NCBI RefSeq assembly: GCF_009914755.1
Contig: NC_060941.1
Length of the DNA: 64,000 bases
From: the human T2T-CHM13v2.0 reference genome, Homo sapiens
Strand: one strand, 5' to 3'
Shown: positions 1-14,159 of the stretch, one piece after another
Position numbering within the stretch: position 1 is the first letter of the stretch
Layout: each line of letters begins with the position of its first letter
Position numbers and translations under genes: made by a program
Notes under the pieces: model-generated
What the model saw: only the letters and a program-made list of their open reading frames with translations
Database searches by the model: none
Told to the model about the DNA's origin: nothing

Positions 1-110
1 CTGGCTGTGTCTGGAAATGGGGTATCTGCAGATGATCAAGATGAGGTCACTGGGGTGGGTCTGACCCCACACGACTGTGTCCTTGTAAGAAAAGGGATAT
101 CTGGACACAA
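1..110. mobile_element. MLT1-type MaLR LTR fragment
   Basis: ggaaatggggtatctgcagatgatcaagatgaggtca...gtgtccttgtaagaaaaggg resembles the MLT1 consensus core; boundaries approximate. Confidence 0.65.
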
Positions 111-1291
111 ACCCAGGGGCTGGAGCTCTGCTCTTGGCAGGGGATGGGACTTTCTTGGGGACCAGATGGTCCAGTGGGCAGAGTTTCCTCTGACAGGCAA
201 CACCTCAGCTCTGGAGAACCCCCTGGTGCCCCCAGCACTCAGGACTAGACCCCCAAGCCCAGGCAGCCCCATCGTGGTGCCGTGAGATCACTGGGGTCAT
301 GGTGCTGCGTGACATGCTCATCAGGGTCATGGCAGTGTCACAGTGCAGGGCACAGGGTCCTTGCACCAAATGAGATCTCTGGGTCATGGTGCTGCGTGAG
401 TTGATGTGTTCATTGGGGTCGGCCATCTGAGCCACCTGCCAGGGCTGGGCAGAGCCACTGTTCACAGAAAGGCCTGGTCTCCAAGCATTACCACAGTGCC
501 CACGGGAGTCAAGCTGGCGTCAGGCTGCAGGCCCTGGGTCTCAGGGTTGGGCAGGCCTGGGCATGCACGTTGATAACAAGCCCAGGTGGAGCTGAGGCAG
601 GGACCACCCCTAAAAAGAAACTCCGGAACCGGTTTCTAGGGTCGCTGCAGACCCACCATATGGGCCAAAGCTGCGCTACAGTCCTAGCGGGCGGGCGTGA
701 CGGATGCCTTCCCGCGGGCACGAGCTTAGACTTTAGCTTGGAACTTGGAGAGCTTCTTCTCAGATCTGGCAGCCGCTGACCCAAGCTGGCTCTGGGCACA
801 GCATGGAAGCAGCTATTCCTGTGCCAGGGAACTCCTGGGGCTGTGAGTGGGGGGAACTGCAAACTCCACTCTCTTGGCAAAGATGTGGAGGCTCCTACCA
901 CCTCGTTCTAGGATCCACGCCCAGGCCACGGCCTCTCCAGGCAGCCTCTGCCCAGCCAGAGAAGGGAGGAAACCTTGGGCTGACCTCGCAGGTCACAAAT
1001 AGAAACCCACTGGCCTTGTAGCCCGGGCAGTCCTTGGACTCACAGGTGCCCAGGGGGTGACGGCACACCTGGGGAGCAGCATTGGCCTCCTGAGAGGGTC
1101 CACCCCATGCCTCTCATCGCCCACAGCTCCACTGCACAACACCGCACTCAGCGGCAGAGCGGACTTGGATCTTCCTACAACTCCCTTGCAGGGAGCCGCA
1201 GACCCCGTGGCCAGCAGCTACAGGGTCCCATGCAGGGACCTTAGTGAGCGACCCACAGATCCTGGCCACCTTCCCCAGCGGGCCGACATAC

Positions 1292-1408
1292 CTGCATGCG
1301 CCCGACAACGGCATGGTGCGCCCTGCAAATGTCGGCCAGAGAGGAGCTTTCCACTTGAATCTCCACGGCCTGGATGGGCCCTGCTGGGCACAGGTCGGTC
1401 ATGGCCAC
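1292..1408 (-). CDS. FAAP100: FAAP100 exon 7 (codons 771-809, VAMTDLCPAG...VVGRMQ)
   Basis: AG acceptor 1409-1410, GT donor 1290-1291 (CAG|GTATGT); 117 nt, phase 0/0; matches FAAP100 protein. Confidence 0.95.
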
Positions 1409-1972
1409 CTGCAACACAGGAGCCACCTCACTGCCTGCCTGTGGCACTCCCACCTGCCCGGGGGGCTCAGGCTACACAGGAGCCTCCCCAGCTGGCAGCA
1501 CGTGAGGCCCTGAGATGGTCCCAACCCCCTGCCCTGGGCTGTCCTATACCCTGAAGGAGCAGAGCTCAGTACCCTGGTTTAGCTTTTTCCACCTGAAGAA
1601 CCAGCCACCAACCAATGGCAAGAACCTGCTCTGTACCCAGATGTGTCCAGGAAGACACCATCCCTCAGACCTGTGGAATTCACGCAGGGCCTCGAGCCAG
1701 ACTGGGGCCTGCTCCAGAAGAAGGCCACTACTGTGACACACCTTGTGGACAACCTACATGTAGATCCTGCCACGCCCTTGGGGGGCCCAGATCCGTCCCC
1801 CCACACCAGGCATCACAGATCACCTCTGGCAGCAGGGTTAGGGCATCGCTGTGGGCACTGGGAGCTGCTGGGCCTATCTATGGGACACCCACCTGTCCCT
1901 TAGGAAGGTTGGACTGAGCTGAGCTGGACAACAAATGGCAAGAACAGGCCAAGAGCCAGGAAGCCGGGCTTA

Positions 1973-2470
<498 letters not shown>

Positions 2471-3033
2471 CCAAGTGCAGACTCTGAGCCCCAGGCAGCC
2501 TTGCCCATCCTCAGGGACACACGTGTCCTGGCAGCCTGGGCTACCCTGCAAGCGCCTTTGCTGGTGGGACTTGAGAGTGTGCTGGAGGCACCACAGTCCT
2601 GAGTCTCTGGAAAGGTGTGCACGACAGGGGCTGGAGACCAGCAGTGCCATTTGCCATTCAGCGGCTTCCACGACAGGTCTGGAGCCTTCTGGCAGTGCAG
2701 AGGGTTAGCGGGGCTGCTGCTCCTGGGGTAGAGGTGTTGGTGGCAGCACTGTGGAACCCGCTATGACTTCAGTCCTGTGCAGGGGAAGGGGACCCCCATG
2801 GCAGACAGGGATGGACAGGGCCAGTCCTTGGGGATCTGAGCTGCAAGGCCCTCCCTGCCTGAGTGGGGTCTGCTTGGTGCGAGGGGAAACTGTCATATCA
2901 GAGTCCTCCGGGAAGCTTGGGAAAAGGCTGCCAGGCCCCCACCCAGGGTGAGGGGTCCTCCCGAGCTCCGGCCCAGGGGCCCCACCCCAAGAACTGCTGG
3001 TGCCGTGGCTCGTTTCCCTGAACCCCTGCTTGC

Positions 3034-3170
3034 CTCTCGGACGATGAGGTGAACGTTGGCGCCATCAGGGGCCACTCCCTGGATGGAAGATAGTGCTCGG
3101 GCCCTCACGACGTCCACAGCAGCATTCTCAGCAAGGAGCCACTGCAGGGTGGCACAGCACAGGGGCACGC
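3034..3170 (-). CDS. FAAP100: FAAP100 exon 6 (GVPLCCATLQW...HLIVRE), ending at a GC donor
   Basis: AG acceptor 3171-3172; 137 nt completes 770 codons only if the donor is GAG|GCAAGC at 3033-3032. Confidence 0.93.
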
Positions 3171-3995
3171 CTGGAGGGGAGGCATCAGCCGAGAGCTCAG
3201 CCTGATCCTACCAGGTGGGCTCAGCCGATCCTACCAGGTGGGCATCTGCATACCTGCCCCAAAGTGCCCTTCCCAGAGCCATCTAAGCATCCCAGCTGTC
3301 CCCAGCCCCACCCTAAGCTGCGGCGTGGCCAGCTGACCCAGAGGAAGGAGGCCACTGCTCAACTTTCTCTGCTGAACAAGTCCTACGATGGGTGGTGGCA
3401 GTTACGATCTGTGGAAGGTGAAAACCTCACTTTGGGGGACCTGCTAATGCTCCTGGGAGCCGATGTTAGGAGCAGGCAGCTCCGCCCGGCACTGGGCAGA
3501 AACACCCCAGGGGATGGCTGCGGCTGCCCTCTCTGCACAAGCCCAAATCCAGAAACCATCCAAATACCCATCTGCAGCAGAACGGTGACATCTGCACCTG
3601 CGACACAGAGGGTCTCACACACATGGGGGAGCAAAGGACAGACACAAAGAAGGGACTGCACACTCCATTTCGTGGAGCTCACACATGCCTGATGAACGGT
3701 GCTGGGGCTTTGGGGTGAGCGCAGCTGCCTCCCTCCCCGGGTGCCCGCACTGTGAAGCTCACAGTTTGCTCCTTTGTGACTCTTCTGTATTTAGGTTACG
3801 CTTCCATATATAGGTTTAAAAAACATAACTGAAAAGAAATACATGGTGAGAGGGCTCCACATAAGGCCAGAGCCCAACAGCAGAGAGAACGCAGGCGAAG
3901 CTCATTTCCTGAGCAGAGCTCGCTGGGCTGGGGGGCCAGGATGCCCCAGGAGCAGCTGGGAGAGGGAGGAACAGCCCATGTCCACAGGCCCGAGG

Positions 3996-4159
3996 TGGGT
4001 GGGGTGAAGTGGCTCATGCAGGTAATCCCAGCATTTTGGGAGGCCCAGAGGAGATCAATTGAGGCCAGGAGCTCGAGGCTGCAGTGAGCCATGATTGCAC
4101 CACTGCACTCCAGCCTGGGCAACAGAGCAAGTTCCTGTCTCTTAAAAAAAAAAAAAAAA
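3996..4159 (+). mobile_element. Old Alu monomer (FRAM/FLAM-like) with A tail
   Basis: gtggctcatgcaggtaatcccagc...gcactccagcctgggcaacagagc followed by poly(A). Confidence 0.85.
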
Positions 4160-4196
4160 TCCCCAAGGCTGAGCAAAGCCAAGCAGTGCCACCAAC

Positions 4197-4966
4197 CTGA
4201 GTGGCCGTCCTTCAAGGCAGCTCTGAGCAGCTCCGCCGACACCTTGATGGAAGCCACAGATGGGGGCAGGTACTCGGCCCGCAGGGAGGCGGGTCCTGCT
4301 GGCTGGCTGCCAGGCTCCCGACAAGTTTCCAGAAAAGTGGCCACAGGGTCTCGGGTGGGGCCGAGTGGGGAGGGGGCCCGTGTGTGTGGCAGGGCCAGGC
4401 CAGGGAAGCGCAGACACTGCAGCATGTCCACTGTGTGCCTGCTCAGGGGCAGGCAAACACCCTCTTGCTCGGGCAGGACGTCGGAGGGGCACTCATCCAG
4501 AAAGGGGTCCTCAGAGTCTGAGGGGGCAAGGGCCCCGCCCACCACCTCCCTGAGACTGTAGAACAGCGTGCAGGACACGGTCACGGGCAGGTCGAGCCCG
4601 CCGTTCTCACCAGGGCCCAGGGGTAGCGTCACCTCCCGCCGAGCACCGGGGCCGAGCTGGTCCACGGGGATGGTGTAGGTGATGGCGGAGCAGGCCGAGT
4701 CCAGGTCGAGAGCACAGGAGCTGGTGAGCACCTGGATGCACAGGGTCCACCCCTGGTCCAGGCTGAAGCTGCTGCTGTTCTCTAGCACGCAGGTGGCCAT
4801 GAGCACATCCTGTGTCTGCAGGCGGCTCCAGGTGGTGCTGGTGGTGCAGGAGATGGGTCTGGGGCCCGTGCCGCTTGACAGCAGTGCACAGCTCACGTTC
4901 ATGGCCTCGTTGAGGCTTGTCAGTGCCTTGTTCCGCTGGTCAACCGCCTTCTTTAGAAAAGACACT
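4197..4966 (-). CDS. FAAP100: FAAP100 exon 5 (RVSFLKKAVD...KDGHSG)
   Basis: Inside ORF 3796..5379; AG at 4967-4968, donor CAG|GTTGGT at 4196-4195; 770 nt, phases consistent. Confidence 0.96.
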
Positions 4967-5744
4967 CTGCGAAGGACAGACATGACCCCCGGGAGCGGGG
5001 GGACACCCACAGCACCAGGTGCCACATCTTGACTCAGGCCTGGTAGGCACCGAGCCTGGCTCCACGACAAGCACACGGTGGGTGTGGAGCCACACCAGAG
5101 AGTGAGCCCCCGCCCCAGGGGCATGTTTCTCCCGGCCCCACCCACACCGAGCCTCTCTGGAAGCTGCCTCCAGCCATCTGACCTGACCTCTCCTCTTGGG
5201 CCACAGGAGGAAAGAGGACAGAGGATGAAGCTGGTGCTCCGGGGACCTAGGCTAATCTGCCAGGTATGAGAAGCGCACCACCCACATCTGGGCCACGCAG
5301 GGGCCGGGTGGTGCATTACCCCACCCTTGGCTCCCCGGAATGTTCCTAGTGGGCCTCTTTTCTCCCTTGCAGCCTTCACAGTGAAAACCAGGGGGGTCGC
5401 AGGCGCTACAGAAACAGCCCTAAACCACAGGGACCCGGAGTGACAGGCCCCTCGCTCTCGGGACCCCAGTGGTTATGTGAGGGGAGCAGGGGAGGCTGCG
5501 CGCACTCAGTGTGTTCTCTCTGAACGTCCCGAAGCCAGTGCTGCGGGAGGAAAAGCACACTGGATCCTGTGCTGAGAGCAGGGAGGGTGAGGACTCAGCA
5601 GGGGACGTCTCCCGTGCCCCACTAGGGAGAAAGGGTGGGCTGCTGGGGGGCAGTCCCGGCTTATCTTCCAGAGGTAGCCAGGTAGCCTGTCACCAAACAG
5701 TGGGACGCATGAGGCTCTCAAGACATCTTAAGAGGACAAGTAAC

Positions 5745-6455
<711 letters not shown>

Positions 6456-6482
6456 CTACCCGGTCCGAGCTGAGCTGCTCAC

Positions 6483-6639
6483 CTCTCAGAGATGTTGCCA
6501 ATTCCAGACAGCAGCTCCTTTATTTTCTGACCTGCACTCTCTGTGGTCATCCTGGCTGGGCCAGGCATCTCAGAGTCCAGGTCCAGGCTGCAGGTCATCA
6601 GGCGGCCTTTGGCGGACAGGGCCAGGAGCTTGGTGCCAC
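6483..6639 (-). CDS. FAAP100: FAAP100 exon 4 (GGTKLLALSAK...GNISER)
   Basis: AG at 6640-6641, donor GAG|GTGAGC at 6482-6481; 157 nt. Confidence 0.96.
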
Positions 6640-7524
6640 CTGGTGACAGACACACATGGGGCCTGGTCAGCGGCTGGGAGGGGCAAGCAGCATGACACTC
6701 GGTGGTGTTTCCCTGGACTCCAGGAAAGAAGTTGGAAGACGGCCAAGGCCAGTGTCCAGTGAGGAAGAGAAAGTCCCAAGGCAAATGCACTGTCCCGACC
6801 CTGGGCTTCTGTCAGTGGCCCCGAGCCACGCCATCTCTGATCCCACCCGTAGCCCTCTCTTCCGCAGTGGAGACAGTCTGGCGTTTCCCTTCAAAGCCCT
6901 TCTCTCCTGCTGTGTATGTATTTTCTGTGGCGAGATTTATTAGCATGCTCACAAGGTGAGCACACTTGGGGAAGTGCACTGGTAGGAGGTGTGTGGCTCT
7001 ATTCCTCTCACCCCAACACTGGGCACACACAGCTAAAACCCTCTCTGGCTTTTTCTGTGGAAAACACAAAACTAGAATTCCACAATGCCATCTGCCTTTG
7101 GTCCAGAGCAGACTCACGGGCAAGCCACACCATGACACGAGCAAGCGTTTGCAGCCTTTGGAAGAAAGGCAAGTCCGGAACAGACCTCCCTGGGCTGCTT
7201 GCCACATAAGACCTGCCCAGGAGGCGCTTGCGGTGGACCCCCAAGATGCAGTTTCCTCCAAGTCCACAGCCAGCAAGCAGCAAACTCAGATCCTACCAGG
7301 CCCAGGGCCACACCCTAGACCCCAGAGGCAGAGCAACAGGTAGGCCCACCACCAGCCCCTGGCTTGACCTTGAGACAAGAGAGTTAACCACTAGGCTGTA
7401 TCAGCACCCGTCAGCCTTGCAAAAGAACAAGCCCAGGAAAGGAAGGCGGCCTGATAGTAGCAGACAGCCAAAAAGGGTGCTCCACCCTGGGCTCCCATCT
7501 TTCATTTTAGACAGCAGCTCATAC

Positions 7525-8480
7525 CTTCATGCGTCCTGGGAGACGCGGACAGCGAGACGACACTGCAGATGTTCAGGCTGGCTGGGCACAGCATGGGGGG
7601 CAGGCCTCCCGGGCCTTCTTCGGGCTGCTCAGGGCCCAGCGGGGTGCTTCCCCGAGACAGATCCACCACACAGAGGTCAGAAGGGGTGCTGTGGTACACG
7701 CGGCCACCCCCGCCACAGGCAGCGCAGAGCACAGGGCCTGGGAGGCAGTACTCCCGCAGCTCGGGCACCAGCTTCCCGGACTCATCCCAGCTGGCCTTGA
7801 TGGCCAGCATCCGGCCGTGGTGACCAAAGGCCACCAGGCAGTCACAGTGCACATCCTCGTCAGGCAGAAAATTCTCTGCAGCTTCTGCAGCCTGTGGCTC
7901 TGTCTTCAAGGCCCCTATGAAGATGACGGGCTCCTCCAGGTGATGGAGGATCTTGACAAGGGCATTTGGGTCACCAGGGGCTGACCTGGAGGTGACCAGG
8001 GCCTTCAGGATCACACAGCAGAGCTGGCCATCAGGGAGACCACAGAGGACCACAGGTGACTGCAGGAGGGTGGCATCAGCTCCAAAGAGGAGCCCGAAGA
8101 GGGCGTCCTCCAGCGTGAAGCCCCCGGAGCCCCCGAGGAGGTCGTGCGGGACCCTGGAGCCTGATGGTGACACAGAGCACAGCACTGGAAGGAAGTGGGG
8201 GGCTGCAGGCTTTCCTGGGACCCCGGCTGGGGGCGTGTAGGAGGACAGCTCCACCTCACCGATCTGGCCTCCTGGCCGGGGGTCCTCCCCAGGACAGGGC
8301 TGCTCAAACAGCTGCATCTTCCATCGGGCAGGGCCCTGCACCAGGGTGACCAGCACACTGTCCAGCAAGGTGAACGCGCACAGCGCAGCATCGGGAAGGA
8401 TGCAGGCATCGGGGTCCACAGGGATCACGGGGGAAGGCTGGTCACCGTCCTCGCTGTCCCTGTCATCCTGGCTCGTAGAC
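7525..8480 (-). CDS. FAAP100: FAAP100 exon 3 (RSTSQDDRDSE...SPRTHE)
   Basis: Inside ORF 7502..8500; AG at 8481-8482, donor AAG|GTATGA at 7524-7523; 956 nt. Confidence 0.96.
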
Positions 8481-9204
8481 CTTTGAGAACAGGGACGCAC
8501 TGGTCAGGCCTGGGCAGGGTGGGATTCCCACGTTCTCTTCACAATAACCTGGCATGGAGTAGTCTGGCTCAGGGGTTCCCGCAGTGACCCCCAAGGCCGC
8601 TCAGCAGTCCATCTGCCACATGGCCTCCCACCTTCCCCACGAAGGATACTCTTGACAAGAAGTACCAGGCATCCAAAACCAGCGTGAACCGACACCTGTC
8701 AGCATAGAACCGTCAGGCTGAGGCCCAGGCTGCAAAGTGCACAGGCTGCCCCCTCTACAGCCTGGGCCGCGGTCAGCAGCTGCTGGCTCTGCACTGAAGA
8801 CAGGCCTGGCTGCCCGGAGCTCGCTTCCTTCCAACCCAGATGGTGTCCACTGATCACTGACTCGGGGTCACGGTGCCTTTGCTGTCTCCTCCCTCCAATA
8901 AAGACCCAACCTCGGGGGCGTGTCTCACCAGACAGCACCGGGCCACCAGGGCCCAAAGGACAGGATCCCGCGCCCCGCCGTGGGCTTAACCATGTGAACC
9001 CCACTTACTAAGGACTGTGAGCAAGACACTTGCAGAAAGAGTGCTGGGGGCAGGGGCTCCAGATAATCGGGCAGGGATGGCGGCCGAGGCTTCAGAGCTG
9101 GCGGCAGCCCGGGTCCCCAAGCGCGATGAGGTGGGGCTGCTCGCTCTGAAGCAGTCCGGGGGCAGCAGGAGTGTGCGGGAGGGAGGCCGCGGGCCCGCCC
9201 TCAC

Positions 9205-9329
9205 CTGCTCCTGCCCGGGTGGTCCAGCGACAGGCAGTAGAGGCCCCTCCGGGCGCACAGCGCGTACAGCAACCTGCGCGGCGCCAGCAGCTCCAGGTGC
9301 CACACCTGGTCGGGGAACCGGAACGCCGC
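9205..9329 (-). CDS. FAAP100: FAAP100 exon 2 (AAFRFPDQVWHLE...LDHPGRS)
   Basis: CAG acceptor 9330-9332, donor CAG|GTGAGG at 9204-9203; 125 nt joins exons 1 and 3 in frame. Confidence 0.95.
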
Positions 9330-9442
9330 CTGCGGACCGGGGCGCGGGTCAGGCCGACGCGACGCGCGGGCCCGCGGTCTTCATTTTCACGCGAACCGCC
9401 GCCCCCGCCCGGTCCCTCCCGCCCCCGCGGGCCGGCGCTCAC

Positions 9443-9607
9443 GGTCAGCAGCCCGCCCTCCTGGTCGTACACGTAGACGAGCTCGCTCCCGGTGGACAGG
9501 AAGACCTCTGCCTCATGGCACAGCACGCGGGGCTTGCCCGCCGCCAGGCCCCCGAGAGGGCAGCAGAAGCCCGCCAGGTAGCGGACCCGCGGCGCGGCGC
9601 CGGCCAT
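9443..9607 (-). CDS. FAAP100: FAAP100 exon 1 coding part (MAGAAPRVRY...EGGLLT, 55 aa)
   Basis: ATG at 9607 in strong Kozak context (ACGATGG); donor ACC|GTGAGC at 9442-9441; recognised FAAP100 N-terminus. Confidence 0.96.
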
Positions 9608-11684
9608 CGTGCGCGCGGGCCCGTCAGAGTGAAAAGCCCCGGCCGCGCGGCGGCGGCTCCGCCTCGGAGCGCTTTACGGCAGCCCGCTGTGCGGCGCGAC
9701 CTCCGCCGTAAAGCGGTCGGCGGTGCCGGGGGCGGGCCGGAAAGGACGCGCTGCAGGGACTCCGGGAGCTGGGGCGGTCGCTGGTACCCACGGGGAGCAG
9801 GGGAGCCTTCCTAGGGGCCGCGGCACCGTGCCGCAGGTCGAGGTTGACCCGGCCGGGCTGGTGGGAGCCCTCGGCGGCTTCATGGCCCCGGCTGCTGCAC
9901 GGGTTCCCCAGGGTGGGGAAGCGGGTCCTGGCCGAGCAGAGGTTGCTCTTGGGCGGGGCGTCTCCCCGGAGCAAGCGCTCAGCTACTCGGGCTTTTGCGT
10001 AAACGCCTCGATTCTCTGGGCTCTCGGAGAGCAGCTGGGTCCTGCCGGAGCGCACTCCAGCCGGGGTCGGGGTGGGGCAGCGCCGGCTCTTGTCGTCCTA
10101 GGGATGGGTCTCTGCCCTGTGCTCTGCGAGCCGCCCCCGGCCGCCCCCGCGTTCAGGGCCCAGCGGAGTGAGCCAGCTTAGGTGGAAGTGCGTCCCTCCC
10201 TCCGTGGCTGAACACGTGGGGACAGGGAGTACACCAATGGGGTTTCTGGGTTGGGGGCAGAGGACAAGAAAATGACTGTGAGCCAGGGCAAGATACCTCC
10301 ACCCTCTCCCTCCTGGCAGCTCTCCACTTCCTCCAGGAGAGAAGTACTGACCAGAGAACGCCCGTGGAGGGGCCTGCAGTACCGACACCTGCTCCATGCC
10401 CGGAAGAGAGCGGAAACCAGGCACACCATTCACAAGTAAATGACCAAGGAACCCCGCCCCCGGCCCGCCTCCCTCCGTTTAAGAAGCCAATCTGAAGAGC
10501 GCTAAGGCCAGACACCCTCGAGGGAGAATCTAGGGGCAGGGCTGCAAAACTGGGCTTGGAAGTTAGGCAGACATCGTGGAGTCCGGGTGCACCTGCTGGA
10601 GCACAAAGCACCACTTGCAGACATCCTGACCGCCCCCCTTTGAGGTTGGGGTGGGGACTGACCCCAAGGCAACGGGGATGTCTGATTCTGAATGTTGGGT
10701 TAGACAGACTCAAGTGCGGCACCTGGAGTCAGTTCCTTGCTCCTCTCTTCTCGCCAGGGCTGCTCTGAAGGTGTTTGGGCTGGAAATGCTGTCTTTGATG
10801 CTGGGGAGTGGGGAGAGGAGGGCCAGGTGCATCTCATTTGGCCTTCAGAGTCAGGAAGTCAGATGCCGCATCGTTGTGAATTTCCCCACAGGGATCCTCC
10901 GCTGGTCTTCTGACCGAATTTCCCCACAGGAATCCGCAGGTCTTCTGACTGCTAGTTTTAACCCTCTGAAGCCTTGTGAGTCACTCGCTCACACACACCA
11001 ACCCCATCCAGTCCTCCCAGGCCATCTCTTCCATACGGATGGTAACATGCCAAGACTGTCCTAGAGGAAATGATCACGATCACGTGGAGGAGGAAACGGA
11101 CGTGGGAGAAGGCCCGCCAAACCAGCAGCCTCACCCCGCGGTTTACTCCGCTGCCCACCCCACTCTGCTCCGGGGGCTGGCAGGCTTTTGGCCCCACGCC
11201 AAGCCCAGCTCCTATCTGCAACAAGATTTATGATCAGTAGTCATGTGGGGGACCTTAAGCATGGATCCCAGGGGAAAGGGGGTGAGTTAGACACAAGCGA
11301 AGGGCTGAAGGCCGGCTCTCCATCAGCTGCTGGGCTGTGCCGTGCCCCACCTGTACTTGGCGAAGAGTGATGAGGGCTGAGGCAGCCTCTCTGTCCGTGG
11401 GTGTGGAAGATGCACACACTCCTAGCGGAAGCTTTCGAGACAGCAGCGCAGACCGCTGGACACTGCGTTTCTATGCCCAACTTGGAGGTGGTATCATCTC
11501 CCTAAGCACGAAGTATATGAAGGAGTCAATTTAGGTCAGACTGAGGGGAGAAAAACCATGAAGCTTCAGGCTGTGTTGAGGGCGAGGAGGGCTGGGCCTT
11601 GAGGGACCTCTCCTCAGAGCAGCACAGCCCAATAAGGAGAACACAGCAGGAAGGTGAGGCAGGGACCCAGGAACCCGACTTCTC

Positions 11685-13425
<1,741 letters not shown>

Positions 13426-14159
13426 CCAGGAGCTGTGGGTAAATCGAGTGAACTGCACTGTGTTGAAGGTGCAGGATTGGAGTCCGGGTGCTGGGGGACT
13501 CACCCTCTCGCTCCTGGAGTCCAGAAGCCAGGACACCTTGGTCACTGTCCTGTGGCCTGCTTCACCCCAGGGCCCTCCTTCAGAAATTAGTTGGAGTTTT
13601 TTTTAGTAACTGCTCAAGTCAGCTATGAGTCACTGACCAAAGGACAAAGTGGTGCTGAACAGTGACTGCCAGGCTCCTATCTGAGGCTCAGAGAGCACTT
13701 GTTCTAGACGCTTTCTGTTGTCACAGGGAAAGACAGCTCAAGCAGGAACACAGGCAGTGTGTCACCCCCAGGCCTCACTCCTTGCTGCACCTGTGCAGTC
13801 TGGCCTTCCTGGGCTTTGTCCTTCACCTGCTGTTTGACCACATGTACCTGTCCACAAAGCAGTGACTGTGGGGCAGTCGCAGGGCTGACAGGTGCGGCAG
13901 AGGCAGAAGAGGCACCCAAGGGCGGCGGGGCCGTCAAACACTGACGCACTCTCCTCCTCCCCCAGATGTTAGCACTTTAAGAAACTTATCGAGGAGCCAA
14001 GGTTGGGAGGGATCGGCTGGGGAAGTGGGATCCCCACCTTTAAATGGACCATGCACATACACGTAAAACAGTGATATCTTGGAGACAAGTTATCAAATCC
14101 CCCCACACTGAGCAGATGCCAGACAACAGTTGAGTGCGCAGGAAGGACACACCAGGACC

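Larger units (their letters stand above)
8950..10220. promoter_or_regulatory. CpG island / FAAP100 promoter
   Basis: Very GC- and CpG-rich across exons 1-2 and upstream; GC boxes near 9728-9737 and 9951-9960; no obvious TATA. Confidence 0.85.

Noticed and set aside
283-399. Imperfect ~30-bp direct repeat (tgagatc.ct.gggtcatggtgctgcgtga); also short duplications at ~19898, ~27616, ~46709 and ~46846
   Set aside because: Ordinary slippage duplications with no motif or structural context
3093-3692. 199-aa + strand ORF (likewise 7228-7800 and 22497-23090)
   Set aside because: No recognisable domain; overlap real exons in antisense; no promoter or splice support
3796-5379. 527-aa ORF as a stand-alone gene
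   Set aside because: It is FAAP100 exon 5 with open intronic flanks, one of them Alu-derived
9017-9814. 265-aa + strand ORF and other long ORFs across the CpG island
   Set aside because: Ala/Arg/Gly/Pro-rich, non-ATG start (GTG), antisense to FAAP100 exons 1-2; expected from stop-codon scarcity in very GC-rich DNA
9674-9883. Minus-strand ATG ORF as a FAAP100 uORF
   Set aside because: TSS cannot be determined from sequence and the ATG is ~275 nt upstream, probably outside the main 5'UTR
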